Shown in pieces: positions 29,247 to 39,695 of a DNA stretch of 64,000 nt. Each line of letters starts with the position of its first letter. Within the stretch, counting starts at the first letter, position 1. A program made the translations under genes and the position numbers. This DNA comes from Nitrospirota bacterium. Its GTDB lineage: Bacteria > Nitrospirota > UBA9217. The notes beneath the pieces were generated by a model, which had not been told where the DNA came from, did not search any database, and saw only the letters and a list, made by a program, of their open reading frames with translations. The stretch is taken from contig CAWIYV010000009.1 of NCBI GenBank assembly GCA_963840455.1, forward strand, positions 320,001 through 384,000, given 5' to 3'.

Positions 29247-30710
29247 ATGTACCGTAGGAATCTCTTAAATGAAACCGACAGGCTCAATGCGCTCAAAAAG
29301 CTTGTGCATGATCTGACCGAAGCTCGTCCTGGTCGAGCGGTTTCGGTTCTCTCTCGGGACCCGTTGACCGGTTCGTTCCATGGCCTGCCCGTCGACCGCC
29401 GATTCGATTTCCCTGGTATGGATTTCCTGGACCGGACGGATCCTCTCCTCGGTCGGTTGCTTGCGGGTGAGGAATGGGTGCATAGGGAAAGCAAACATGG
29501 TTCGCATTTTGATGACGGAGGGACGGGGGGCACATTGGAAACCGTGTTTCCGATTGTCGTAAACGGATACATCGATCATGTGCTCATGATCAAGGGTGAA
29601 AATTTGTCTGATAGTGATTGCCGCTTGATCGGAGCATATTGCGGGCAGACCGCGCTTAATCTCGAGACCCTCGCTATGCACGTGAACCTCAATCGCAAGA
29701 TCGAACGTCTTGCTTCTCTGGTAAGCCTGGTTGATGACCTTTCCATCGAGCAGAATTACCGTAACCTGCTCCAGACGGTGCTTGACAGGTCAACGGAGCT
29801 TCTTCTGGCAGAGCAGGGCTCGATCATGCTCATAGAGAAAGAGACCGATCAACTCCTGCTCGAAGTATCAAAGGGTGGGCGAAAAGAACAGGATAAGCGA
29901 GTACGGGTCTCCAGGGGTGTTGGGATCGCAGGCGGGGTCGCAGCGTCGGGAGAGCCGCTCCTTGTTGAGGACATCGAACACGATTCTCGTGTTGGCAGGA
30001 GGAACCAGGAAAAATACAAGTCTGCATCCTTTGTCAGCGTGCCGCTCAAGATAGGCCATCGCGTTGTAGGAGTTATGAATTTCAATGATAAGCGAGCGGG
30101 AGAGCTCTTCGATGATGTGGACCTTAGTCTTGCTCAGACCTGCGCATCCCATGCAGCTCTTGTCCTTGATCGAAAGCAGATCTATGAGCAGACGGAGAAA
30201 TTGACCCAACAGGCTACGATCGATGATCTGACCGGTCTTCTCAACAGGGGGTGCTTGCTGAGAAGGCTGAGGGAGGAACTGGCGCGGTCTGATCGTTACG
30301 CGAAGATGATGAGTCTTGTCATGCTGGATATCGACGGATTCAAGGCCATAAACGACCAGTTCGGACATGCGAGAGGAGACCTCGTTTTGCGGCGGATAGC
30401 GGAGGTGATGACAAGCACCGTACGGTCCATCGACATTGTCGGACGTTATGGTGGAGATGAGTTCCTTATTATTCTTCCGGAAACCGACACGTTTTTTGCT
30501 GCGCATATGGCAGAACGGGTCCGATCCAATATCGAGAAAGCCTACATTTCTCGAGAGACCAGCGATCGCATCGTGAACAAGGTCACCTCGAGCATAGGTA
30601 TCGCAACATTCCCGTCGCACGGTACAAGCCCGGAAGTGCTGATTGCCAATGCTGATGAGGCTCTTTACAGGGCAAAGGCCGGTGGCAAGAACCAGGTCGT
30701 TGTGTATTGA
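29247..30710 (+). CDS. GAF-domain diguanylate cyclase
   Basis: RBS GGAGG; GAF, DDLTGLLN, DIDGFKAINDQFGH, I-site RSID, RYGGDEF. Confidence 0.93.
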   Translation: MYRRNLLNETDRLNALKKLVHDLTEARPGRAVSVLSRDPLTGSFHGLPVDRRFDFPGMDFLDRTDPLLGRLLAGEEWVHRESKHGSHFDDGGTGGTLETVFPIVVNGYIDHVLMIKGENLSDSDCRLIGAYCGQTALNLETLAMHVNLNRKIERLASLVSLVDDLSIEQNYRNLLQTVLDRSTELLLAEQGSIMLIEKETDQLLLEVSKGGRKEQDKRVRVSRGVGIAGGVAASGEPLLVEDIEHDSRVGRRNQEKYKSASFVSVPLKIGHRVVGVMNFNDKRAGELFDDVDLSLAQTCASHAALVLDRKQIYEQTEKLTQQATIDDLTGLLNRGCLLRRLREELARSDRYAKMMSLVMLDIDGFKAINDQFGHARGDLVLRRIAEVMTSTVRSIDIVGRYGGDEFLIILPETDTFFAAHMAERVRSNIEKAYISRETSDRIVNKVTSSIGIATFPSHGTSPEVLIANADEALYRAKAGGKNQVVVY

Positions 30711-31212
30711 GATCTCCCGGCTCCATCAGAACATCATCTATCGTTTTTCCAACGGGCCACAGTTATGCCGCTCTTCACGTTTCGGCGTTCCCCGGAGCTC
30801 ATGATCAACCCGTCATTGCTCATAGGCGGTCCGGTTCATAGTTCAGGGCCATGATCTGATCCCTTTGTTCTGTCGCCGCGTTCATCCGAACCCAAGGCCT
30901 GTCCATCTCTCCGCTCCTCTTCTTGTTGTCTTCCGGGAAGAGAGCTCCTCTGCAATATATCGAACCACACTGTTCGCATTGTGCATACACGACCGTCATC
31001 GGCATCCATCCTGGCACTCCATCCTGTGATGCCAAAATGATTATGACTTGATTCGCAGAAATAGAGATCCTATTTCCCCTTGCAATGCTCGATCATGATG
31101 GGAGGGCATTGCTGCGGGAAAAGACATGATCACCATGAGCCGGCTGTACGCGATCGCTGCTGAGAATGAGAGGGATGGCGCCGGATAGGCTGGTGGCAAT
31201 GCCATATAGGCC

Positions 31213-31241
31213 TTGCTTTTTCTTCGACCATCCTGTATTAT
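31213..31241 (+). promoter_or_regulatory. sigma70-type promoter of the helicase leader
   Basis: TTGCTT-N17-TATTAT. Confidence 0.5.
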
Positions 31242-31330
31242 ATATTTTATTCAGATCAACCGGCGGAGCTCGTTGTTCAGGCCCGTGCTTTTGCAGCCGA
31301 TCTTGCTGACCCCCACTACAGGACATTATC

Positions 31331-31370
31331 GAGGGCTATCAGAAAAGGTATTCTGATGGCCTTTTTGTTT
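31331..31370 (+). terminator. intrinsic terminator within the helicase 5' leader
   Basis: Stem GGCTATCAGAA/TTCTGATGGCC, 6-nt loop, followed by TTTTTGTTT. Confidence 0.65.
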
Positions 31371-31444
31371 GTTCCATGCTGCCGCACATCCAGCGACCGA
31401 AGCGTGCAGTAATCCCAGAACGTCGCAAAGAAAGCAGGTTGTAC

Positions 31445-32863
31445 GTGAATTTCAGTTCCTTCAAGCTCCATCAGCAGATCATGGCCGGCGTCGAGGCTGC
31501 CGGCTACATCACCCCGACGCCCATCCAGAAACAGGCAATCCCGCCGGTCATGGAGGGCAAGGATGTCATGGGCCTCGCCCAGACAGGCACCGGCAAGACC
31601 GCGGCCTTCGTGCTGCCGATCCTGGAGCGGCTGCTTAGCGGGCCGCGCGGGAAGGTCCGCGCCCTCATCATAGCACCAACGCGCGAGCTAGCAGAGCAGA
31701 TCAACGACAACATCATCGAGTTAGGCAGGAAGACCGGCATCCGGAGCACCACGGTCTACGGCGGCGTGGGCCTGAACCCGCAGATCCAGAAGCTGCGCGG
31801 AGGCACCGAGATCGTCGTCGCCTGTCCGGGCCGTCTGCTCGACCACCTGAACCAGAAGAACGCAGACCTGTCGCACCTCGAGGTGCTGGTGCTGGACGAG
31901 GCGGACCGCATGTTCGACATGGGCTTCCTGCCCGACATCCGCAGGATATTGAAGTACGTGCCCGTGAAGCGCCAGACCTTGCTGTTCTCGGCCACCATGC
32001 CCGACGACATCAGACACCTGGCCCACGAGATCCTGCACAACCCGGTCACGGTGCAGGTGGGCCATACCGCGCCGGCGAACACGGTGGCGCATGCTCTCTA
32101 TCCCGTACCGCAGCACCTTAAGACCGGGCTGCTGCTCGAACTGCTCGGCCACACGGATGCGGGGTCGGTCCTGATCTTCACGCGCACGAAGCACCGGGCT
32201 AAGCGCATCGGCCAGCAGCTGGAGAAGGCCGGGTACAAGGCCGCGTCGCTCCAGGGCAACCTGTCGCAGAACAAGCGCCAGGAAGCACTCGACGGGTTCC
32301 GGTCCGGCAAGTACCAGATCCTGGTGGCGACGGACATCGCTGCGCGCGGCATCGACGTGTCCTCCATCTCCCATGTCATCAACTACGACATCCCGGATAC
32401 GGTGGACGCCTACACGCACCGCATCGGCCGCACGGGCCGGGCGGCCAAGACCGGAGACGCCTTTACCTTCATCACCCATGAGGACGAGGTCCTGGTCAGG
32501 AGCATCGAGCGGGTGCTGGGTGAGAAGATCGGCCGCCGCACGGTGATGGGCTTCGATTATCAGAAAGCGGCGCCCAGCCGCGACACCGAGTTCGCTCGGC
32601 CGCCGCGCGAACCGCAGCGCAGGCGCATACCCGCGCCTGCGAGGCCGGAGCAGGGCAGGCAGCGCACCGCCGCTCCCGGACCGAGGGGACAGCAGGCTTC
32701 CGCCGGGTATTCTGCGGGACGCACGGCGATTGCTTCGCCCCAGCGGGCCCCTTCAGACCGGCCGAGAACGGGGAACGCACCCGGAGGCGCCTCATCCCGT
32801 CGTTCCTGGGGAGCCCGGCCGAACCGGGGTTCTGACCGGGGACCGGGAAGCGGCAGTCGATAG
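31445..32863 (+). CDS. rhlE: DEAD-box RNA helicase (RhlE-like)
   Basis: PTPIQ, AQTGTGKT, PTRELA, DEAD, SAT, HRIGRTGR and an R/G/P-rich tail; GTG start (MNFSSF). Confidence 0.88.
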   Translation: MNFSSFKLHQQIMAGVEAAGYITPTPIQKQAIPPVMEGKDVMGLAQTGTGKTAAFVLPILERLLSGPRGKVRALIIAPTRELAEQINDNIIELGRKTGIRSTTVYGGVGLNPQIQKLRGGTEIVVACPGRLLDHLNQKNADLSHLEVLVLDEADRMFDMGFLPDIRRILKYVPVKRQTLLFSATMPDDIRHLAHEILHNPVTVQVGHTAPANTVAHALYPVPQHLKTGLLLELLGHTDAGSVLIFTRTKHRAKRIGQQLEKAGYKAASLQGNLSQNKRQEALDGFRSGKYQILVATDIAARGIDVSSISHVINYDIPDTVDAYTHRIGRTGRAAKTGDAFTFITHEDEVLVRSIERVLGEKIGRRTVMGFDYQKAAPSRDTEFARPPREPQRRRIPAPARPEQGRQRTAAPGPRGQQASAGYSAGRTAIASPQRAPSDRPRTGNAPGGASSRRSWGARPNRGSDRGPGSGSR

Positions 32864-32890
32864 GATCATTGATCAATAGCTGCAGCAGCG

Positions 32891-32924
32891 AAAGGTCGGG
32901 AGGAACTCCTCCCGACCTTTTCTT
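32891..32924 (+). terminator. intrinsic terminator after the helicase
   Basis: AAAGGTCGGGAGG-aact-CCTCCCGACCTTT followed by TCTT. Confidence 0.75.
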
Positions 32925-33281
32925 ATCTAAAGCAGAAGAACAAAGAAGATCTATTTTTTGGGCAGCCCGGTGCTCCGCTGTGCTAAGCATGCAGAGTGCA
33001 TGTGCTTGTTCTCGTCATGATCTGACAGCTCCCTGCAGCGCTTTCCCGCAGCCGGACTGCCCGGGGTTGGGGGGGAGGCAGGTTCAAGAGCTTAGACTCC
33101 TGTAGTTCCCGGAGCCCCTTCGGCCCGCGAGCGTTCAAGATGTCTACCATCCTTCAACAATCAGGAAGAGGTCTTTTTTATATTCCTGGTGACGAAGCCG
33201 CCGGTTCGTGATATATTTTTTCTTACAATCAATGCGGCGCTTCGATAAGTTCCCGGCCGGCAGCCGCGCGCACGGAACAGC

Positions 33282-34013
33282 ATGCCCATAGTACAAGCAC
33301 AAAACCTCATCAAAGACTACGGCATCGTCAAGGCGGTGAACGGTATCGGTTTCGCCATCGAACCGGGCGAATGCTTCGGCTTCCTGGGGCCAAACGGCGC
33401 AGGCAAGACCACGGTGATGCGCATCATCTCATGCTTCCTCCCGCCCACGTCAGGGACTGTCACGGTCTTTGGCATGGATGTAACCCGCGAACCGTCGGCC
33501 ATCAAGGCGCGCATGGGCCTCATGCCCCAGGAGGACAACCTCGATCCGGACCTGTCGGTGTTCGAGAACCTCCTTGTCTACGCGCGGTATTTCGACATCC
33601 CGAAGAAGAAGGCCGTGCCGCTGGCGAACGAACTGCTGGAGTATGTCGAGCTCCGGGACCAGGGCCGCATGCAGATCAAGGAGCTTTCGGGAGGCATGAA
33701 GCGGAGGCTGCTACTGGCGCGGTCGCTCGTCAACAGCCCCGAGATCCTGATCCTCGACGAGCCGACCACGGGCCTGGACCCCCACAGCAGGCGGGCGGCC
33801 TGGGACAAGCTGAACCAGCTCAAGTTCAAGAACACCACGCTGCTGCTCACCACCCATTACATGGAGGAGGCTGAGCGGCTGTGCGACCGCGTCGCCATCA
33901 TGGACTCGGGGCATATCGTCGCGACCGATACGCCACAGAACCTCATGCAGGAGCACGGCGGCAACCTCGAGGACGTATATCTGAAGCTTACCGGGAGGAA
34001 CCTTGCAGATTAG
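33282..34013 (+). CDS. ABC-2 exporter ATP-binding protein (NodI-like)
   Basis: GPNGAGKTT, LSGGMKRR, LDEPTTGLDP, TTHYMEEA. Confidence 0.92.
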   Translation: MPIVQAQNLIKDYGIVKAVNGIGFAIEPGECFGFLGPNGAGKTTVMRIISCFLPPTSGTVTVFGMDVTREPSAIKARMGLMPQEDNLDPDLSVFENLLVYARYFDIPKKKAVPLANELLEYVELRDQGRMQIKELSGGMKRRLLLARSLVNSPEILILDEPTTGLDPHSRRAAWDKLNQLKFKNTTLLLTTHYMEEAERLCDRVAIMDSGHIVATDTPQNLMQEHGGNLEDVYLKLTGRNLAD

Positions 34014-34758
34014 GCACGCCTGGCGGGTCCTTCAACGGCACTGGACCGTATACACCAAGCTCTACAAGTCGAGCTTTGCCCTGAACTTCATCGAGCCGGT
34101 CCTGTACCTCGTGGCCATGGGCATGGGGCTCGGCATCTTCGTGCATGACATCAACGGCCAGCCCTACATCAAGTTCATCGGGCCCGGCATCATCGCCTCG
34201 TCGTCCATGTTCGCTGCGGTGTACGAGTGCACCTATGGCACCTACATCCGGATGACCTTCCAAAAGACCTTCGACGCCATCCTCGCCACACCGGTGAACA
34301 TCGATGACATCGTGGCAGCCGAGCTCGCCTGGGCCGCAGTCAAGAGCGTCATCTACGGGTTGACCATCATGATAGTCGTCGCCCTCTTCGGCCTGGTGGA
34401 CTCGCCGCTCTTGCTGCTTGCGGTCCCCATGATCTTCCTGTGCGGCCTCATCTTCGCCGAGGTCTCGCTGATCACCACGGCGCTTGTTCCGGGCATCGAT
34501 TCGTTCAGCTACTTCTACACGCTCTTCATGACGCCGCTCTTCCTCTTCTCGGGCATCTTCTTCCCCGTGGAGACGCTGCCCCGGGCAGTGGCGGGGATCG
34601 CCTGGTTCACGCCGCTCTATCATCTCGTCACCATCTGCCGGTCCTTCGCTGCCGGGCATGTAACAGCAGTCCTTGGCAGCATTGTCTGGATCGTGGTCGT
34701 GGCTGCGGCCCTTGCCCCGGTGCCGTTCCGGCTGATGAGGAGAAGGGTCATACAATGA
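34003..34758 (+). CDS. ABC-2 exporter permease (NodJ-like)
   Basis: Six TM segments, FLFSGIFFP, TPLYH; TTG start overlapping the ATPase gene. Confidence 0.88.
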   Translation: MQIRHAWRVLQRHWTVYTKLYKSSFALNFIEPVLYLVAMGMGLGIFVHDINGQPYIKFIGPGIIASSSMFAAVYECTYGTYIRMTFQKTFDAILATPVNIDDIVAAELAWAAVKSVIYGLTIMIVVALFGLVDSPLLLLAVPMIFLCGLIFAEVSLITTALVPGIDSFSYFYTLFMTPLFLFSGIFFPVETLPRAVAGIAWFTPLYHLVTICRSFAAGHVTAVLGSIVWIVVVAAALAPVPFRLMRRRVIQ

Positions 34759-34762
34759 GTCC

Positions 34763-34897
34763 GACACGGGGACGCGGGGACGCGGGGAAGAGGCTTAGCA
34801 TTGCGGATTGAACATCAAAGTCTTTGACACTGAAGACCCAGAGAACGGCTATGAAAGAGCATGATTATTCTGGAAGTGTCAGTGTCTCAGTGTCAAA
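34763..34897. repeat. intergenic short repeats: (GACRCGGG)x3 and an 11-bp inverted repeat TTTGACACTGA/TCAGTGTCAAA
   Basis: Octamer tandem at 34763-34786; IR arms at 34823-34833 and 34887-34897. Confidence 0.6.
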
Positions 34898-34951
34898 AAA
34901 ATGTCTTGATACATAATCCGAGTCAAAGAACTTGTCTCAGGAGAAAATATC

Positions 34952-35455
34952 ATGGACCTTCTGGAAGGATTGCAGACCCGCAGGAGCATTCGAACCTATA
35001 CCGATCAACCGATCACCCGGGAGCAACTCCGGGAGATCATCAGGTTCGGGACCATGGCGCCGTCGGGACAGAACAACCAGCCCTGGCGGTTCGTCACCAT
35101 TCGGGGAAAAGAAACCCTCCAAAAGCTCTCGCAACTCACCAAGTACAGCCATATCATCGGAAAGGCGGCTGCCTGCATTGCCGTCTTTATCGATAGGACC
35201 GCCATGTACCATGAAGTGAAGGACCATCAGTCCATGGGCGCTTGCATCCAGAACCTGCTGCTTGCCAGCCACGGAATGGGTCTCGGCGCGGTCTGGCTTG
35301 GCGAGATTCTGAAAAGCGCGAAGGAAGTGCGGGAGCTGTGCGGCCTGTCGAATGATATGGAACTGATGGCCGTTGTCGCGCTCGGCCACCCGGCGGGAAA
35401 GGGCGGAAGGGCGGACCGGAGGCCGGTTGAGGAAGTGCTGTTGAAAGAGTTGTAG
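34952..35455 (+). CDS. nitroreductase family protein
   Basis: RRSIR, APSGQNNQPWRF, QNLLLASHGMGLGAVW; RBS AGGAG. Confidence 0.92.
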   Translation: MDLLEGLQTRRSIRTYTDQPITREQLREIIRFGTMAPSGQNNQPWRFVTIRGKETLQKLSQLTKYSHIIGKAAACIAVFIDRTAMYHEVKDHQSMGACIQNLLLASHGMGLGAVWLGEILKSAKEVRELCGLSNDMELMAVVALGHPAGKGGRADRRPVEEVLLKEL

Positions 35456-35782
35456 TAGAGGAATACGGTTTGTAGTTCGGGAATTATGTTATAGTTGCCG
35501 TCGTATTTAGCCAATAACTCGTCGCGCAGTTGCCGGTCCATTAACATCCGAAATGGGATGTTAGTCCACCTTTCATAACTACGTAATACTTGGTTAGATC
35601 GCAAGGGATATAATGACAGATAACTTAGATTACACAAAACTTCCAATCGGACAGCGACTCACTGATGGTCGCAAAATAGAAAAATGCCCGAAGTGCGGTC
35701 GCAATGGCGCCAGTTCCAGTGGCTATTTTGAGCACTTCGGAATGGAGAAATTTACGACTGCAACAGGTGAAGTGCATGGCAA

Positions 35783-36770
35783 GTGGCGGCCGGGTCAGGT
35801 CCCGGTCGTGTCACCTTCCACCCCTCGGGCAAGTATGCCTATGTAGCGAATGAGGGAAGTGACGACGTCTCTCAGTACACCATCAATGCAGATGGCAGCC
35901 TTTTGTCCATGGCAACCCCCACCGTGGCGGCCGGGGTTTTACCCGTTTCCATCAAGGTCGACCGCTCGGGAAAAAATGCCAATGTGGCGAATGGGAACAA
36001 CAACGCTATCTCGCAGTACTCGATCAATGCGAATGGTAGCCTGAGCATCATGGGTCCGGCAACCGTCGCTGCACACGCCGGCCCAATGGACATCGCTCTG
36101 ATCCATGGTGCCGCTGTCGTCGCTGTGCCGAAATATGCTTATGTGGCGAACGATGGCAGCAGTGATATTTCGCAGTACTCGATCAAAGCAGACGGCAGCC
36201 TCGCCTCGATGGCTACTCCGACTGTTGCGGCCGGACAGGCTTCGCGCTCCGTCACAGTTGACCCATCGGGCAAATATGCCTTTGCGGCCAACTATGGCAG
36301 CGGCAATGTATCGCAATACACGATCGATGGGGACGGCAGCCTTGTGCCCATGGCACTCCCGACCGCGGCGGCCGGGAGTGGACCTCTCTCGGTCACCGTC
36401 GACCCCTCGGGCAGATATGTCTATGTGGTGAATTGCGGACACAGCAGCGTTTCACAGTATCTGATCAATACAGATGGCAGCCTTTTCCCCATGATGACCC
36501 CGACCGTGGCGACCGGGGCGGATCGCTTCCATCGCGATTGCCCTCGGGCAAGAATGCATTCGTGAACTATGGCGCACAGACGTCTCGCAGTACCGATCAG
36601 CGCGGATAGGACGCTCAGTATCCATGGCTACTCTACGGTAGCGATGGGATTATCCGGTATCGTCACTGTCGATCCCTCGGGCAAGAACGCATCGTGGCGA
36701 ACTTTAACAGCAGCAGCGTCTCGCAGTACTCGATCGCCGCGGATGGGGCGCTCACACCCATGGCCACCCC
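35783..36770 (+). pseudogene. decayed lactonase/YncE-type beta-propeller repeat gene
   Basis: About 47-aa repeats 'VTVDPSGKYAYVANxGSxxVSQYTIxADGSL'. No credible 5' end; frameshifted degenerate copies continue after about 36510. Confidence 0.7.
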
Positions 36771-37034
36771 TACGGAATGAGGTTTGGTACGATATCAAGA
36801 CGTGTCGCCAGCCAATGGAAAGAAGAAACAAGTTAATCCCACCCGAAGATAAGCTTAACGCGATCCATTGGGATGAGTAGGCGTAACCGGATGAGATCCA
36901 ACCTGCGCCTCGACAGCGACGCGCCAACGGCGGCGCGTCAGGCGCGCGTTCTTCAATTGGTTCTGTTGCAGTTGTCTTGATCTCTCTTCGTCCTCGTTAC
37001 TCCGTGGTCAACATCTCAAGCTGTTGAGGTGAAA

Positions 37035-38338
37035 ATGCTGAACGCCTATTTTCGTCTGAAAGAGCTCGGTACTACCATCCGGCAGGAGGTTATTGCGGGC
37101 GCGACGACCTTCGTGACCATGGCCTACATCATCATCGTGAACCCCAAGGTCCTCGAGGCCGCGGGGCTATGCCCTTCGGGCCGTCCATGGTTGCCACGAT
37201 CCTGACGGCCTTCGTGGGGACACTGCTGATGGGGCTCTATGCGAAACGGCCTTTTGCCATCGCGCCGTACATGGGCGAGAACGCCTTTGTGGCCTTCACG
37301 GTGGTCAAGGTGATGGGGTTCTCCTGGCAGGAGGCGCTCGGCGCCATCTTCGTCTCGGGCGCCATCTTCGCGGTGCTGACGCTGCTGAACATCCGCACAT
37401 GGCTCGTGAACTCGATCCCCGAGAAGCTCAAGATCGGGTTCAGCGTGGGCATCGGCCTCTTCCTCACCTTCATCGGCCTGAACGAGACCGGCATCGTACG
37501 GATCGGCGTGCCCGGCGCGCCGGTGCACGTGGGAAACTTCACCGAGCCGACGGTCCTGCTGGCGATCTTTGGTTTTATCCTGACGGGCCTGCTCATGATC
37601 AGGCGCGTGAACGCGGCGCTCTTCCTCGGGATCGCAGCCGTGACCGTGCTCGGAATGCTCGTGGGGAAAGTGCGGCTGCCGGAAAGTATCATCAGCGCGC
37701 CGCCATCGATCTTGCCGATCTTGGGGAAACTGGAGTTCTCCGGCCTCCTCTCGGTCAAGGCCTTCCCGGTCATCCTGACCATGTTCGTGATGATCTTTGT
37801 TGATACGATGGGTACCCTGATCGGGCTTTCGATGAAGGCGGGGCTCCTGGACAGGAACGGCAATCTTCCCGAGATCGAGAAACCCATGCTGTGCGATTCT
37901 CTCTCGACCATGGCAGGAGCGGTCTTCGGCACCGCGACCTCGGGCGCCTACATCGAATCCGCAGCCGGGATCGAGGCAGGCGGCAGGACCGGGCTCGCTT
38001 CGGTGGTCACGGCTTTCCTTTTCCTCGCGGCATTGTTCTTTGCGCCGCTCTTCACTGTTGTCCCGCCGTATGCATACGGGCCGGCGCTCATCATCGTCGG
38101 CATGCTGATGCTGTCGCCGATGAGGCACCTGGAGTTCCATGACCTCACCGAGGTGATGCCGGTCTTTACCATCATCGTGCTGATGAGCTTTACTTACAAC
38201 ATCGGGATCGGCATGACCGCGGGGTTCGTGGTCTATCCATTGATCAAGACGCTGTCGGGCAGGTGGCGCGAGGTGCCGGCGGGATTGTGGGTCCTGGGAG
38301 GGTTGTCGCTGCTCTTTTTTATATTCTATCCGTACTAG
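37035..38338 (+). pseudogene. NCS2/AzgA-family purine permease with a frameshift near 37165 (or a sequencing error)
   Basis: ATG 37035 with RBS GAGGT gives MLNAYF...AGATTFVTMAYIIIVNP..AAG; the rest continues in another frame (ORF 37169..38338; YIESAAGIEAGGRTGL). Confidence 0.75.
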
Positions 38339-38399
38339 TTGACATGCCGGGTGCTCCTTTGTCAGATCATGCGAAAGGCGAAGAAGGTGGGGACGATAA

Positions 38400-38777
38400 A
38401 TGATGGTGGAAAGGAACATTGACGTAGCGAGCGGCCTGGTGACCTTCACCGTGAATGGAAAGGCCACCTACGAAGGGCTCATACGGGCCCTCGAAGAGAT
38501 GCTGGACGATCCGAACTTTAGGAAGGGCGCGAACAACCTCTGGGATTTCCGGAACGTTGACTCCGACAGCCTGACGAGCGTCGACATCCGTGGGTTTGCT
38601 TCATTCATCGAGAAAAACAAGGAGCGCCGCGGGGAGGGATACAAGGTCGCCTTTGTAGTCGCCCGTGATGTGGATTTCGGGCTCGCGCGGATATACGAGG
38701 CCTATGCAGATCGCCTTCCTTTCACCGTGATGGTGTACCGCAGCATGGAAGATGCCCTGTCCTGGATCAGGACGTGA
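38400..38777 (+). CDS. small STAS/SEC14 (SpoIIAA-like) domain protein
   Basis: LWDFR...KVAFVV...FGLARIY...YRSMEDALSWI pattern. Confidence 0.65.
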   Translation: MMVERNIDVASGLVTFTVNGKATYEGLIRALEEMLDDPNFRKGANNLWDFRNVDSDSLTSVDIRGFASFIEKNKERRGEGYKVAFVVARDVDFGLARIYEAYADRLPFTVMVYRSMEDALSWIRT

Positions 38778-38813
38778 TAGCGACGGTGGATGGTCGGTCA
38801 GCGCGTTGGCTGT

Positions 38814-39695
38814 TCATACTGGCCGCTGGTTCTTCTTGCCCAGCACCTTGTATACTGCAATAAGGTCCTCCTCGGCCATTCCCTCCCGCATCGCCAGGGC
38901 ATAGAGCTCCTTCACCACATGCATCGCTGGAAGTGCTGCGCCGGTCTCATAGGCCGTTTCCGACGCGAGATGCAGGTCCTTGTGCATCCACTGGAGGGGG
39001 AACTCCGCGGCATAGTCCGCTTTCTCGATCTTCTGCCGTTTGAAATTGAGAAAAGGCGCCATGACGGGCGACGCCGCGAGAGTATCGAACATAGCCTGCT
39101 TCGTTATACCCAGCGACTCGCCGAAGGAAAGGGCCTCGGCAAAGGCCACCATGGCCTCGCCCAGCAGGATATTGTTCACCATCTTCATGGCCGATCCCAT
39201 GCCATGTCCGCCAACGTGAAAGACCGCCTTGCCCATGCACTCGAGCAGGGGCTTCGCAGTGTCTACATCGGTCTTGTCGCCGCCCACGAAAAACAGGAGC
39301 TGGCCCTGCTCTGCCGGGCCCTTGGAGCCGCCCACGGGCGCATCGAGGAACCGCACCTTCCTTGAGGCGGCCTCGATGGCCATGAGCTTCGAAAAGGAGG
39401 GGTTCACGGTGCTGCAGTCGATCCAGAGCGAACTGGGGAGAAGCTTGTCCAGGAAGGAGCGTTTCCCGAGCAGGGCCACTTCGGCCACGGCATCGGGTTT
39501 GGAGAGCATTGTGAACAGGATGTTGACGTGCTTGGCAATCTCTGCGGGGGAATCGGCCCAGGCCGCGCCGTTCGCCAGAAGCGCCTGCGCCTTGACCTTG
39601 GACCGGTTATAGACCACTAGCTCGTGCCCTTTTTTCCGGAGATTCTCCGCCATGCGGCTGCCCATGATGCCCAAACCGATGAACCCGATCTTCAT
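38814..39695 (-). CDS. NAD(P)-dependent beta-hydroxyacid dehydrogenase (3-hydroxyisobutyrate dehydrogenase family)
   Basis: GFIGLGIMG, DAPVGGS, MKMVNN, KDL; RBS AGGAGG before ATG 39695. Confidence 0.9.
   Translation of the reverse strand: MKIGFIGLGIMGSRMAENLRKKGHELVVYNRSKVKAQALLANGAAWADSPAEIAKHVNILFTMLSKPDAVAEVALLGKRSFLDKLLPSSLWIDCSTVNPSFSKLMAIEAASRKVRFLDAPVGGSKGPAEQGQLLFFVGGDKTDVDTAKPLLECMGKAVFHVGGHGMGSAMKMVNNILLGEAMVAFAEALSFGESLGITKQAMFDTLAASPVMAPFLNFKRQKIEKADYAAEFPLQWMHKDLHLASETAYETGAALPAMHVVKELYALAMREGMAEEDLIAVYKVLGKKNQRPV

Noticed and set aside
30820-31035. 71-aa minus-strand ORF with CEQC
   Set aside because: A single CxxC with a weak start; it cannot be supported without a homology search.
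33282-34758. Nodulation (nodIJ) function
   Set aside because: These are generic ABC-2 exporter homologues and no nodABC genes are present.
36880-37034. Possible purine riboswitch upstream of the NCS2 permease
   Set aside because: None of the conserved purine aptamer segments is visible.
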